From assembly GCF_009914755.1 (NCBI RefSeq), contig NC_060934.1: a stretch of 64,000 nt of DNA. One strand, 5' to 3'. Positions 17,765 through 33,160 of this stretch are shown here, piece by piece (within the stretch, counting starts at the first letter, position 1; the number at the start of each line of letters is the position of its first letter). The notes under the pieces were generated by a model. It did not search any database, was not told where the DNA came from, and saw only the letters and a program-made list of their open reading frames with translations. The position numbers and the translations under genes are program-made. The DNA comes from the human T2T-CHM13v2.0 reference genome, Homo sapiens.

Positions 17765-18074
17765 GGTTTTTTAAAAAAAATTTTTTGAGACAGGGTCTTG
17801 CTTTGTTGCCCACATTGGAGTATAATGACCATAGCTCACTGTAGCCTCGACCTCTCAGGCTCAAGCCATCCTCCCACTTTAGCCTTCCAGGAAGCTGGGA
17901 CTATATAGGTACAAGCCCCCATGCCCAGCTATTTTTTTTTTTTTTTTTTTTTTTGTAGAGATAGGATCTGGTTATGTTGCCCAGGCTAGTTTTGAACTCC
18001 TGGGATCAAGTGATCCTCCAGCCTCAGCCTCCCAAAGTGCTGGGATTACAGGGGTGAGCCATTGCACTTAGCCT
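17765..18074 (-). mobile_element. AluJ, within a Charlie-type DNA transposon remnant (~17560-18590)
   Basis: Alu consensus with J-type features. Confidence 0.85.
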
Positions 18075-18103
18075 CACTATGGTTATTTAAGAATGAAACA
18101 ACA

Positions 18104-18393
<290 letters not shown>

Positions 18394-18763
18394 TGAAACA
18401 ATAAAATTTTTACCCCAATTTATATGTATTATTATTTTCCAAGATAGTTACTAAGTTGTTAGGACATAAAGTCTTATTAAGTTGTTTGGACCCAACTACT
18501 TAATAAATGAAACGTTTCTGTTTGGTTTTTCTTTTTGCCTAGGGGTGCCATGAAGGTGCAGTGAATGGAGAAAGTTTATGAGCCTCTGCACTCAACATTT
18601 TGCCATTGGTAGAACCCAGGAGGTTAATGTTGGAGAAGGCCTTTTAGTGCAAAGAGCCCACCCTGGTTGTACATTCTAGGGAAACCTCTCTGTGTCTATC
18701 TCATCACATCAGCCTGTGATGTAATCAATCTCTCTCCGTCTCTGTCTGTGCTTTTCCCTCTTA

Positions 18764-18766
<3 letters not shown>

Positions 18767-18810
<44 letters not shown>
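18767..18810. repeat. (CT)n(CA)n compound microsatellite
   Basis: Directly visible. Confidence 0.9.
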
Positions 18811-19042
18811 ACATATACCTATAGTTTCCTTTCCCTCACACAAACACTAATATCCCCTGACCCTAATCAGACAGTTGCCAAAACCCCATTTGTCTGAGTT
18901 CCCTTTATTTCAATTTTTTGCCCTTTTTCAACTGTTTCAGGAAGCAAACCAGTTCTGTTTTTCAACTTGAACCTAGTCAATGTTCAAGCTGAGCATCTAC
19001 TTCTCAGGTTAGAAGTCACATCATCAGCTCAGACCTGTTTGA

Positions 19043-19433
<391 letters not shown>

Positions 19434-20349
19434 AGTGCTTAGATTTCTTAAGACCCAACCTTAAGAAAGACAATTAGAAGACAGAGTGGGCAACTGGGAG
19501 AGGCCTGGTAATATGGCAGAGGGAAGAGGGGGTGAAGGTGTGGGTGGCAGGAGGGTGGCTGGTTGGGGAAGTGGCCACTGGATCTTAGGCCACAGGCATA
19601 CTTTTCCATCTCCAGCTTCCTCATTTACAGAAAACGAGACTGCAGTGGTGTGATGGAAATGTGTGGGACGGGGACAGGTGACTGGCTTTCATTACTAACC
19701 AGAGGACAGCTTAGACAAGTCACTCTGGCTGGGCCTCAGTTTCCTTATCTCTAACGGGACTGGATTGCCCAGTGCTCCTCAAACTGTGGCACCTGGGGCA
19801 CATTCATAGCTTGTGTGTGAATCTGCCAGCCTTGAAATATCTGTCTTCCTTGGATGGCAAGTTTATTAAAAATTTTGGAAGGACTCACTCTTTTTATAAG
19901 AAAGCATTTATGTCATTGTTCAGAATGCAAAATGTATATGCATTTTAGTTACAATAACTAATATTTGATAACATTTAACGAGTAATTACTGTGTGCCAAG
20001 TGTGCAAAACTCTAGGTGAGCCTCACAATAACCTAATGGGGTATTATTATTCCCATTTTATAGATTAAAAATCTGGGGTAGAGGGAGTAGATAATCCACC
20101 TAAAGACCTGTTATTAAGTAGTGATAAAAGATCTCCACTCCCTCTCTCCCCCACAAAAAATATGGACTCATTACAAGTTGTTTTAGGATCTACCTCCAGA
20201 CCCATGGAGTTTCTTTAGTAAAGCCTGAACGACACAGGCCAAAATAATCTCCAAAGGCCAGCTCTGACCCTTTTAAATCAATTTTAGCTAAATCCGTTCA
20301 CAAAAGGCTTCGCACATCCAGTGTCCCTGAAAAATAAAGGAGGTTGGGC

Positions 20350-21310
20350 AGGCCCTGCGGGGGCTCGAGGAATTCGCTAAGTGAGTTTTCTGGCTTCTGG
20401 ATACACTTTCAAAGGGCCAGAGGGCACGAGGCTTCCGCCTTGGCCGCCACCTCCCCGGCCAGCTGCGGTGTTCGCGGCCAGTGTTGCCGGGCACTTCCTG
20501 GTTCCCGCGCGCCCCGGGTGCAGCTCCCTGCACCCAGTGCTGGCGCTCCTCAGAAGGGAGGGGGCCAGAGGCGAGATGTCGCAACCGCCTCCCTCCCTCT
20601 TTCCCCGCCTTGGCACTCAGTCGCCTCCCAGATGAGCACTCTCTCAGACCGCTGCGGGCCGCCAGGCGCCGGGAATGTCCCCTGAATGCGCGCGGGCAGC
20701 GGGCGACGCGCCCTTGCGCAGCCTGGAGCAAGCCAACCGCACCCGCTTTCCCTTCTTCTCCGACGTCAAGGGCGACCACCGGCTGGTGCTGGCCGCGGTG
20801 GAGACAACCGTGCTGGTGCTCATCTTTGCAGTGTCGCTGCTGGGCAACGTGTGCGCCCTGGTGCTGGTGGCGCGCCGACGACGCCGCGGCGCGACTGCCT
20901 GCCTGGTACTCAACCTCTTCTGCGCGGACCTGCTCTTCATCAGCGCTATCCCTCTGGTGCTGGCCGTGCGCTGGACTGAGGCCTGGCTGCTGGGCCCCGT
21001 TGCCTGCCACCTGCTCTTCTACGTGATGACCCTGAGCGGCAGCGTCACCATCCTCACGCTGGCCGCGGTCAGCCTGGAGCGCATGGTGTGCATCGTGCAC
21101 CTGCAGCGCGGCGTGCGGGGTCCTGGGCGGCGGGCGCGGGCAGTGCTGCTGGCGCTCATCTGGGGCTATTCGGCGGTCGCCGCTCTGCCTCTCTGCGTCT
21201 TCTTCCGAGTCGTCCCGCAACGGCTCCCCGGCGCCGACCAGGTGAGCGCCCCTCTGTGTGTGCCGGGCAGGTGTCCTGCGCAGGCTGGGAAGCGGGGCCC
21301 CGACGGAAGC
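20350..21310. promoter_or_regulatory. FFAR4: FFAR4 CpG-island promoter/exon 1, with initiator TCAGT at 20617-20621 (likely TSS ~20619)
   Basis: High GC and CpG density, GC-box-like ccccgcct upstream, no TATA box at -30, Inr-like TCA+1GT 56 nt before the ATG. Confidence 0.8.
20675..21241 (+). CDS. FFAR4: FFAR4/GPR120 coding exon 1 (aa 1-189; N-terminus, TM1-TM4)
   Basis: Translation MSPECARAAGDAPLRSLEQANRTRFPFF... matches FFAR4, with class A GPCR motifs GN (TM1), ADL (TM2), Arg99 and ERM in place of DRY. Ends CAG|GTGAGC at 21241/21242, phase 0. Confidence 0.98.
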
Positions 21311-23672
21311 TGGGATGAGGATGATCAAGAACAACAATAGCCATTTATTGCACTTAATCGTTGTGCCAAATCTTGTGCCCATGGCTGTGAAGTTTAATCT
21401 CTTAAATCTCACTACAACGCTGTGCACACGCCCTCCTAAATGATGTAAGTGGAGTCCCCCAAATTCTTGCAAAATGCAATGACTGTTGCGAGGTTAATTA
21501 ACGAGTAGTTTAGGAGCGAGACGGAACTTTGGGGGTGCAGGGTGGCCAAACACTTTGTATTGAATCATGATTCCTCGCCAGGTGCTACAATACTGTTATT
21601 ATCACACCCATTTCACAGATGAGAACCAGAGGCACACCGAAGTGTATAATAACTTGCCCAGAGTATTTTATCCGTAATTCGAGGAGGAGATGGGCTCCTT
21701 CCAGAAGTTTACCCGTAATTCAAGGAGGAGTTGGGCTCCTGTCCAGGGTTGGGTTATGGTCCTGCTTTGAAAGCGCGCGGACAGGCATGTGAGACCCGGG
21801 GACCCCAGATGCAATGCTGTCTTTAGGGGACTTGTGACAGAATTCCCTTCCGGGGTCTTCAGTTTTTTCAGCTGCAAAACGGAAGGATTACACTAGACCT
21901 TCGAGGTGTCCTGGGCGCCTGAAATGTGCAGATTACAGAGGCTGGACCGACGAGCTCTGTTTTACATAGCGGGTCAATAGTTGTCATTATTAGCTCATAG
22001 GGGTGGGAGTGACCATGATCGGAATAAGGTTCTGCGGATAGTGCAGGACATTGGCTCTGTTCCCCTCAAGTCCCGCGGTCCGGAATCCCGAGCTCGGGTC
22101 TTTTTCTCTTGCCGCTTTGCCCGGTGGTTGCAGGGTTCGTGCGCCGGGATCCACACGGAAGAGGGAATCTAGACGCGGAGTCACGGTGGAGGACAGTGGC
22201 CGCCGTCTGGCTGTCTTCCCAGTGTGTTTGGTTCTCCATGCCTCGCGGAGAGAGATAGAGAAAGGACTTAGGTCTGTGCGCTGGGGGCTCAGCCTCCAGG
22301 AGCTTCTGCCCGTGGCTGGGTTCTTGGCCTCCCCTTCCCTGCCGGGGTCACTGGTTTTCCGGCCTGGAACCCCCTACCCTTAAGCTCCCTCTCCACCTAG
22401 GAGTGAATATGGGGCGCCCTGAGTAATCGTGGCACAAACAGGAATCACGGTCCCAAAGAGGGACCTTCGAAGTGGTCAGAGAGGGGAGTAGGGAGGGAGA
22501 AATGACATGTCACCAGGGGAAGGCTTGGTTATGGAGATGCACACAGCCCACCAGGGACACCCCCTGACTGTGTGACCCTCCAGAGCCTGAGACAGAGAGG
22601 TGGAGCTTCTCTGGGGGTTTTCCCAGACCAGTCTCTCACACAGCCCTTTTATTGGGGGTAGGATGGATGGAGTCTGCCTCCTGTATCCTGTGCGAGATTT
22701 TTTTTTTTAAACATAAATCAAACTTAAACACTTGTTTCTAATGCTTGTGTGGAATACATTGTGGGGTGTTTGTTTGTTTATGAGCTTGAATGACTAATAG
22801 GCAGGAGCCCCATCAAGCCTGTGGCACTTGATCAAATAACATGCAAGCTTGTGGCCATGTCCACTCAAGTGGGGCCCAGAGAAGCCAGGATTAGCTGAGC
22901 TGGTGGGTGCCATTTATGGGCAGACCAAGGGCTCTGGCTTAGTGGACAGGCTTGTTCTTAGCCCACACACACCTGAGAATCAAGGTGGGCCACGCAGATG
23001 CCTCTAAAAGCAAGGATCAGGAGGGGGCTGGGCTTCTGCCATCAGTTTCTTTGATTTTTTTAAAAGTTATTCTCTCAGTGAGTCACAGTACTTCTATATT
23101 TCTCACAGAACTTGAGGTATTTCACCTCATTTTCTTTCTTACAGGAGAAAATGATGTTCAGGGAATGAAAGACCAGATAGAATGTATCTTGAAGGTATCT
23201 TAAGTTTTCAGATGTGTATTTTGTGCCTCTCCCTTTTTTCAGTGATTTCAAGTATAACCCTAATTAATTGGCAAATGACATTAAAAAATAAGACTCTTGT
23301 CACTTCCCAGCCAGAGCCCAGACTAAAATTGTGTGCTGACAGGGACACAGGTGACTGTTTGGGTGAGAAGGCCTTGGCATAGGCAGGGGCCTTCCATGTC
23401 TTGGCCACTTAGTACCGCACCACTGTTAGGGAATCTGGGTGTGGTTAGAGCCCTCTGTGGTGCTTCCAGAGTGGCCACAGTTGTGCTGTAAGGTGCTTCC
23501 GTGGAGGTCTGTGTTGTGATGGCTGGGCACACAGACCTCCTTTGTTTTAATGTTGAAACACTTCCTTGGTTTTAAGCAGCTTCGGAGAGGGATTTGGGCA
23601 AAGCCACTGGGAGAGAATGAGGCTGCAGTGTGCACTGGGGGCCAGGTGAGTTAGTTACCCACAGGAGCCCTA

Positions 23673-24035
<363 letters not shown>

Positions 24036-27000
24036 TTAAAAAAAATGGGACAATCCTTTCTGGCTCTCCATCTTCTTTGTCTTCTTTCCTACCTGTCTGC
24101 CACATCCACCTCATCTCTCTCTCTCTCTGTCTCTGTCTCTCTCACACACACACACACACACACACTTTCACACCTACCTGCCCAGGAACCCAACAAACAG
24201 AAAAAACCCAATTTCCTAAGGGTTGTTGCCTGAATACATAGAAAACATCCAATATTATAGGTTCAGCAGTTGAAGAAATAAGTTGAAAAGAATGAGAGAC
24301 AGAAAAAAACAAAGGGGGAGTGTAGTCATTAAAAAAAAAAAAGCAACAGGAGGATCTGGTCTAGACTGACTGAGTCTCACATTTAAAATTAGCAAAGGCT
24401 TGTTTTCTCAATCCCCATATTCCCAGCTTTCTGCTTGTGGATTCTGTCTGCCCCATCCCACTTAGAGACTAAATATGGAGGTTTGGGATGGGGGATATTT
24501 TCCTAACCCAAACCACACGCTGAGAGAATCAACCAAGCCTAAGCAGATACTGGCTCCCTCCCCTCAAGGAGCGCTGGCCAAGGAAACTGCCCCTTAGAGC
24601 TTCTGCCGACCCAAGAGCCTTCCTGAAACAGAAACTCAATCTCTTGTCCATGTGGGCTGTGGGTGCCCAGTAGTTCATGGTAATCAGACTCTAAAACTTC
24701 ACTGAAGAGAAGATGAGGTGATAAATATCCTAGAAATGTGAGACAACTTGGTATTTGGAGTGGGCTTTGGAGTCAAACATTCTGTTTAAATCCCATCTCT
24801 GCCATTCGGGAGCTTCATGACAGAATCCAAGCTGTCTAACCTCTCAATACCTCACTTTCCTCTTCTGCAAAATGGGCATGATTACAGTATCAACCAACCT
24901 TACCGGATCATCATGGGCACTCATGTTCAGTAAATGGGCCAACACCTGGCACATACACAGTTAAGCACATAAGAATTGCTAGCTATTATTAGTTTCCTTA
25001 TCTTTGAACATAGACATTTTAAACATTCTTCAAACAGTATAATTCTTCTGATTGCTGTAAAATAACAGACTGCCATTTTAAGAGGGCGAACACATCCTAG
25101 CAACGTTGACATCTCAGCCAGGTCAGCTCACCCTGCTTCAACAGGATTCCAGCCTGTGTGTGCTGTGGACCTGGCTGGGCAGTGACCCACATCGGCAGGT
25201 GGAGAAGACTGTCTATCCTGGCCAGAATGTGCTGCCCATTCATTCTGCAAACATTTACTAAGCACCCTTCCCCTCTTGCCCCTGCCACAAATCACGTAAA
25301 TCCACCTCCTTCTCTTCAAGGAGAAGCACACAGATGGTCCTAGATTCTGGCCTAATTTGGTCCTCACAGTCACCCCACCCCATATTCTTTTGTTTATTCT
25401 AAAAGAGGAAATCCCTAAGGTCACAGAATTGCAAGAGATGGAACCAGAATTTAGCCCCACTCTTTTGGGTCCCTCTGGATACCGTCACCCTTGGGTTTAT
25501 ACTCCCTTGCGGCACTTGATCCCACTGCCCCACCCTACCCTAATTTAATACCAGGCTAGTCATGTGAACGTTCATGTGTCTCTGCTGAGTGTGGATTGTC
25601 TGAGGAAACAAACACAGTTTGCTTGCTTTTGTTATGATTAGAGAATACTTTTGAAATATAAGAAAGGAAGCATCTCTTGCATTAATATTTTCTCTCTTTT
25701 TTGCTGGGAAGCTGATAGAAGATGAAATATCCAACTAGGACTCCTAGGTTCTTAAAATAATCTTGAAGTCTTCCATGTTGATGGCAGAGGTGAGACACAG
25801 GAACAAGGATCTACCAAGGGTCTCCAGAGGTACTGCAGGAAGAATCATCAGAGAGACTGATAGGCAAACAGCTGGAACAAACAGCTAGAACTTATTTGCA
25901 AACAGGCAGTGTTTGCAAATAAGTCAGGCAGTGTGGGGAGGGTCAGCATTTCCACAGTGCCTGTGGACAGATGTCCCCATCCTCAAGGGGAGTCTCCTTA
26001 GAAAAGTCATTTGGCAATTTTGTCCTGAGCACCTAATGTGTATTAGGCAGAATTCTAGGTGCTGGGATGCTGGCTGGAAAAAGGCAGGCTTGGTCCCCAC
26101 CCTTAGTAACACACTTCAGTGGGGACTCCAGACAGGGAAGGGGATGATTGCACAAGCTTTGGAGAGCTGTGGAAAGGTCTCTGCTGGGTGTGGGGAGTCC
26201 AGGAAGCTACTGGGAGATGGCAGTGTCCCCACTGAGTGTGAAGATGAGAGGAAGTAAACCAGGCAAGGGGATGGAGACGAGGAGGACATTGTAGGCAGAG
26301 GAGAGTCCACATGGAGGCCAAAGGAGCAGTGAGTGCTGTTCTGAAACTTGCAAGGGGTTCTCCACCACACATGTGTAGAGCCTGAGGTTCAGTGGGGGCA
26401 AAAGACGGTGCTGGAAGCGTTGGCAGAGGAGAGGGAGAAGGACCAGAGTCATCCTGGTAGGAAGTTTAGACTTAATGGTGATGGCCTGGTCTTGGTAAGG
26501 GTTGGGGGTAGGCCAGTGAAAATGCAATAGGTGGATAAGTCAATGGCTATGAAGGAGGAATTTAGAGATCCCTTCTGAGTGGGGAGGAGGAGGTGGGCAG
26601 AAGGCCAGTGCTCAGGTTTCTGGCAGCTTGGAGAATGGTGGCCCTGTGCCCTGATTCAGGGAGTGCAGGAATCAGGTGGAACCATTTGAGGATGGGACCT
26701 TCAAAGCTTAATGCGCCTATGAGGCCTCCTGCTGAGATGTCCTCATGGCTATTGGGCAAGTCTGGGGTTCAGGAAAGCATGCAGCTGAAAAGAGTAGATT
26801 GGAGCTTTACCTGCAAAAGGAGCCGTGGAAATGAGTGAGATGGCCAGGGAGAAGTGGAGACTGGGATGAGGCAGAACACATTTGGGGGATCCAAGTCACA
26901 CTTATCCCTTCACTGTGAGTGGCCTCCCAATTTCATCCCACAATTCTGCTCTGACAGCTGAGCTCCAGCCTCCCTATGCCCCTGGCCGCGGTCCTTCCAG

Positions 27001-28560
27001 GCATAGCAGAAACAACCCCCCCTGGGTGGCTCTACCCTCTCTGGTCCTCTGAAGCTCTCTGGGCACTTCCAGCTGCTTGTCCTGTCCTGAAGTGTCCTAG
27101 CGCTTCTCTGCCTCCCTCCCTCCTGGAGGAAAGGGCCAGCGCCTTGCTCTTCCTCACTGTGGCTTCGCTGTGGTCAGCCACCACGTCTGGAGTCGGGTGG
27201 TTGAGCAAATGAATTAAAGAAGACTATTGTTGACTCTGCCAATTCTGCTTCTGTAACTCAGTAACAAGGCAGGCCTGCCACTTTTGTTTTCCAAGTTCCC
27301 TTTTTAAAATCAGGGGACATTTCACATGTGCAGAAAAAGTACAGAGAATATAATAGGACTCACATCCCCACCTTCCAGACTTGACATGCTGCCTAACTCC
27401 TCTACATGTCACAGCCTGCGGGAGAATACCTAGAATCAAAACGACTTAAGCCAAATGGATTTTCCCACAGAAACCAAGTTATGACACCAACTTGGATCTC
27501 TGTGGGCATGGCACCTGTTATTTTATTTTTTAATGAGACCAGACAGTGCATTTAGTCAACAATACCATACAAAACCTTCTAAAGAGCATGTCAATCCATC
27601 ATTCAGGCCCCCAAGCCAGTTGCACTGCCTCTCAGTTCATGTGTGGGGGTGCCAGGCAGAGTTCTTATCTTACTTCCTTATCACACTTCCTGCCCTGAGC
27701 AAGAGCCACAAATCAAAAGGAGAACGAGCGTCTTTATTAAAGTCACGGAATTTGGGAGCTGCCTGGGACAGGTTCATTGTTTCTGTTGAAAAATAGCTGG
27801 TAAAGTTGGCAGAACTATCATGGTGGTCTGTGTTTCATGTTTGATCATCATTTCACTTATAAATGAACTTTTTTCTTTTATAAAAGTAATATAGGCACAT
27901 CATGGAAAATTAGGAAATTCAGATAAGCCACAAGAATAAAAACAATTTGAGAGTCCTGCCTAGAAATAGACACTTCACTTTCTGGATTGTATCCTTCCAT
28001 GTTTTTTTCTGTGCATGCGAGCACGTGAGTGTATGTGAGAGAGAAAGTGTGTGTGTGCGTGTGTGTGTTGGATGGCCATATACTCATTCACACATATACA
28101 TTCTCTTCAACACACTGGGATCATAGAAGCACATGGTTTAGGGACCTGCTTTTTTCTTTCACTCCTACTGTAGAGAGAACACCTTGCTCTATCATTATAC
28201 CCTCCACAAAAGTCTTGCTAACCCTGGAGAGATTTTGGCAGACATTCTGGAAAAGGCTTTTGGAAAGAGTTGGGGGTCTTAAGAAAAGCTTCTGTGTGTC
28301 CTCTGTTTTTCTACTCTCCCTTAAAATTTTTCCATCACAAGAATAGGAATGAGAGACCAAGTCACATTCAGGGCTGGAATCCATTTCTTCCGATTGATGC
28401 TTCAGCATACCTGCTCATATGTATTGCTACTGCTGTCTTGGAATGAGGGGTCCATAGTGGGCAGAGGCCTGAGTACAAAAGGAGGTGGTGCGGGTTTTCT
28501 GGAGAGCAGTAGTAGCCTCACTGCCAGTAATCAGAAGATCCTTGAAAGAAACAGGTTTCT

Positions 28561-28908
<348 letters not shown>

Positions 28909-30044
28909 TTAATGAACTTCCCCCTACCATGTGTTCACACCAGCCCAGTCTTGATTCACTGCTAAAAATTCTCTGCTTTTGCCTAGTAGAGCGTTCAATG
29001 AATATTGGTCAAGTGAATGAATGAATGAATGGTACTTCAGATGATCATGCTACTCCTAGACATTGGTTAAGATGCCTTGGCCCTTCAAAATCAATAACGT
29101 GGTCTTTTTACACAGCACGTGCTCTTAAAAATAATCTATTCTATATGTGTGTGTTAGGGCCACTTGTTTTCTAGACAGTTTTGTTTCTGTAGTCAAGTGG
29201 GCATAGGAAGTTTATATGTGGGAAGTTAGTATATACAGACACACAGATATATGTCTGTTTTCATTGGCCTATTTATTCATTGGATGAAATTGTTGCAGAA
29301 GCTATTTGTAACTATTCAGTAAGGTCTCCATATGTTGCAGTTCTTGCAGTTAGTGTTAAACATTTGGATCAATACAACATAGTGATAGCAGCAAGATCAC
29401 AAACCTTCACATTCTTCTGCCATATTCCATTGGTTTTACATCTTGAACTGTCTGTGAGTGGAGGCTGATCTTTGCCTTGGGGCTCTAGATGGCCAGGTTG
29501 ATGCAGCTCGACACACTTTAGACACCTGAGCACCCCCAGCATGAATACTTAATGCTTTAGCAAAGACCCTGTGTCCTTCAGCTTACACAGTTGTGACTAC
29601 AGGGAAACCTCGTTCCTGTTTTGATATGTTTGTTATGTAGCATGTCCTTTCCGATCTCTGTAACCTTTCAGGGGTCAGTTTTCTCCTTTGTAAAATGGCA
29701 GGCTTGGAAGAGAAGGCTCGAAAGCCCTTTGCATGTCAGCCCAGGGAAGTGGAAAGACCACACCTAGGAACCGACTCTAGCTCTTACCACCCTGTAAGCC
29801 TGAGGCTCAGTTGCTGTCCCTGGAGAACAGAAAACATAATCATGGCTATTCTGAGGGTCAGGGGCAAGTGCTTTGCAAGTGGGATTGTGGTGGGCAGTGG
29901 GAGGGATTCTGGGGTTCACTGTCATGCTAGTTGTGTAACTGGGCAATGCAACCGTGTAAGTGTCAGGAAACCCTCAATAAGACTGAGCCAGAGGCCAATA
30001 AGAAGCCAGCATTTACATGATGTTCTTTTCCTTTTTGTAACTAG

Positions 30045-30173
30045 GAAATTTCGATTTGCACACTGATTTGGCCCACCATTCCTGGAGAGATCTCGTGGGA
30101 TGTCTCTTTTGTTACTTTGAACTTCTTGGTGCCAGGACTGGTCATTGTGATCAGTTACTCCAAAATTTTACAG
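30045..30173 (+). CDS. FFAR4: FFAR4 coding exon 2 (aa 190-232; ECL2-TM5)
   Basis: Acceptor ttttcctttttgtaactag|GAA. 129 nt encoding EISICTLIWPTIPGEISWDVSFVTLNFLVPGLVIVISYSKILQ. Donor CAG|GTATGT. Too short for the ORF track. Confidence 0.97.
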
Positions 30174-32045
30174 GTATGTTTTCTGCAAGTGCTGCCACTG
30201 AACTTCACCCAGGCTTGGGGTTATTTCTGCTAGAATCTTAGAATTTGGGGTCGGAGAACACCTAAGAGTTCACGCCAGCTCAATCTTGATTCACTGCCCA
30301 GGTCTACAACACTGAGGAAGGAGAGGATTTTTTTAGAAGTTATATCTTTGTGATTATGTTTTTGCTCATCACTAAAGTAATACTAGGTCATTACAAAAAA
30401 TTAAATTAAAATGAAAGCAGACACATAAATGTAAATAACACAGAAACTGAAAACTTACTCTACCTTCTTAACAATTCAAGATGTATTTTTTCAGGTTATT
30501 TTTCTTATAAGCTTATGTATATGTCATGTATACTGTGTGTGTATTTGATGAACCATATGAAATTGCAGGTTAAAATGGTCAAATGGTTATCTGACACTGT
30601 TCAATGTTCTTTTCAGATATGAGATAATACTCTCTGCTCTGTAACTCCTTTTTTCACTTAACATTATATCTTAACATCTTTCCACATCATTCCTATATCT
30701 CTAACTCATTATTTTTAGTGGCTACAGATATGACTTCATTTATTTTATGGTCTTTTAGGCTGTGTCCATTGTTTCCCCATCGCAAACACTGCAGTACTGG
30801 AGAATGTATACTTTTTAAAACATTTTATTGAAGTATTATATACATATATAAAAAGCACACTGAGCATAGGTGTAGGCTCAAACTGAGTGCATTCATGAAA
30901 GCAGCTCCCAGGTCAAGAAATGGAATATTACCAGAAGTCCCTCCTATTATCTTCCAGTTGCTACTCCACCCACCCCCAGGGAATGCCCATTTCAAATGTG
31001 CACTGAAACAGGAAATGATCTCTACCTTTAAAACAAATATGTACAGGGACATAAAAAGGACGAGTCAGCCTGTTTTATATCTCGTAAGGTAGCCCATTTG
31101 TGAGTAAGTTGCCTGCCCAGGCAAACAGCATGGGTGCATCCATGTTTATGCCCATTTTAGAAGGTTTAATGCAAAGCCCTTGAATCCTCGTGGAGGTTTA
31201 TAGTTGTTGAATCTTGGTTTTATAGCATCTCATGTGTGGGTCATCTGGCAAGTAGGCACTTGAAGTGGTGCCCTGTAGGGCCTGCTCACTCTCTGGTCAC
31301 TTTTATGGCCCTTTCTTTGCAGCTAAGGGTCTGTAACCTTCTTAGACGCTCAGAACCCATAGCCAGGCCAACCTCCATCCAGGTCTGCTAATCCCTGGGT
31401 CCTGTGGGAGATGGCCCCTCCATGTCACTCATTAGACTCTTGCCCACCCAATGACCACTAAAGTGACACCCAGCCTGAGGCTTGTTCAAGTGCAGGAGGC
31501 AGATTCAGGCCTGGAGTTAAGGTCTGGACAGTGCTTGCGATGGGACCAGGCATATGATAGTGCTATGTAAGTGTTAGCTATTATCATTAAGTTAAAAGGA
31601 AAGAGGTGAGAGAAAAAGGAAGATAAATGTAGAACTTATTTAACAAATATTTACATAGTGTTGACCATATGCCAGGAACTGACTCTTTAATTCTGATAAG
31701 AATTACAGATGAAGAAACCCAGGCACAGGGAGGTTAAGTAACTTACCCAAGGTAACACAGCTTGTAAGTGGCAATCAGGATTTAAATTCAGGCAGTCTGA
31801 CCCTAGAGTCCCAATGCATTAATTCCTCAGACATGTGTTAAGGGCCTGCTCTGTGCGAAGTGCTTGGGGGAAGGGAGGTGGGCTAAAAACCGAGCAAGAC
31901 ACATTCTCTATCCAGAAGAAGCTTTGACATAAAAGGGGAAGAGGGAGGAGACAGACAAGGGTGCTGATATCGAAAGGAGAGAAACTGAACACAAGGTGGA
32001 ATGATACTGAGACTTTGCAAACACTTTGCAAACTGTTAAATGCTA

Positions 32046-32447
<402 letters not shown>

Positions 32448-33112
32448 TTAATAATCTGGGTTTGAGTCTTGAATCTGCCACTTACTTGCTGTGTGGCCTT
32501 GGCCAGCTTAGTTACCATCTCTGGGCCTCAGTTTCCTCATCTGCAAAATAGCAAACATAATGCCAGCAGTACAGAGTTGTTGTGAGGCATGTAGGAGATG
32601 CTACTGATGGGACAGAGAGAGCCATGCCTGCCTGTAGCAGGTGATGAATAAATTATGACGGTCGTGATTTGTTAGGCAAGGCTGCTCTTCCGACCCCTGT
32701 CTCAGAGCATGCTGGGAAAAGGTGCTGCTAAGATTTGCAAGAGGATAAACAACAGCCCAGATTTGGAGCACATCAAGAACAAGGAATTGATGCTAGAGCA
32801 GGGCTGGCTGGAAGGGGCGGCAGCATTTGACCTCCTTCCTGGAGGTCTCACTCCTGAGTTCCTTAGGCGCCAAGAGGGCTCTGGTCTGCCCCTTTTCACT
32901 CGTACCTCACGCTTCTCAGCTGCCTGCTGAGGAAGGAATGATTTTCCACCCACCCCCATCTTTTTCTCAAGGCCAGGGTCCACCTGGAAAAATTCTGAGA
33001 CCTGAGGAGTTGGGGCAGCTGTCCTTTTAGCCACCCACCTCTAAACAGCAGTTTACTCTCGAAGCACCTTGTGTCTAAACCCACAGCCGGCCTTCACTTC
33101 TCCCCATTACAG

Positions 33113-33160
33113 ACCTCGGAACACCTCCTGGATGCAAGAGCTGTCGTGACTCACAGTGAG
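33113..33160 (+). CDS. FFAR4: FFAR4 cassette exon of the long isoform (16 aa in ICL3)
   Basis: Acceptor cttctccccattacag|ACC. 48 nt encoding TSEHLLDARAVVTHSE, the known GPR120L insert. Donor GAG|GTAAAA, phase 0-0. 361+16=377 aa. Confidence 0.93.

Noticed and set aside
21242-21340. Extension of the FFAR4 exon 1 ORF to 221 aa
   Set aside because: Read-through past the consensus donor at 21242. Similarity to FFAR4 ends at Q189.
20288-21472. 394-aa minus-strand ORF antisense to FFAR4 exon 1
   Set aside because: Typical shadow ORF opposite a GC-rich coding exon and CpG island. The product is low-complexity R/A/G/Q-rich with no recognisable domain.
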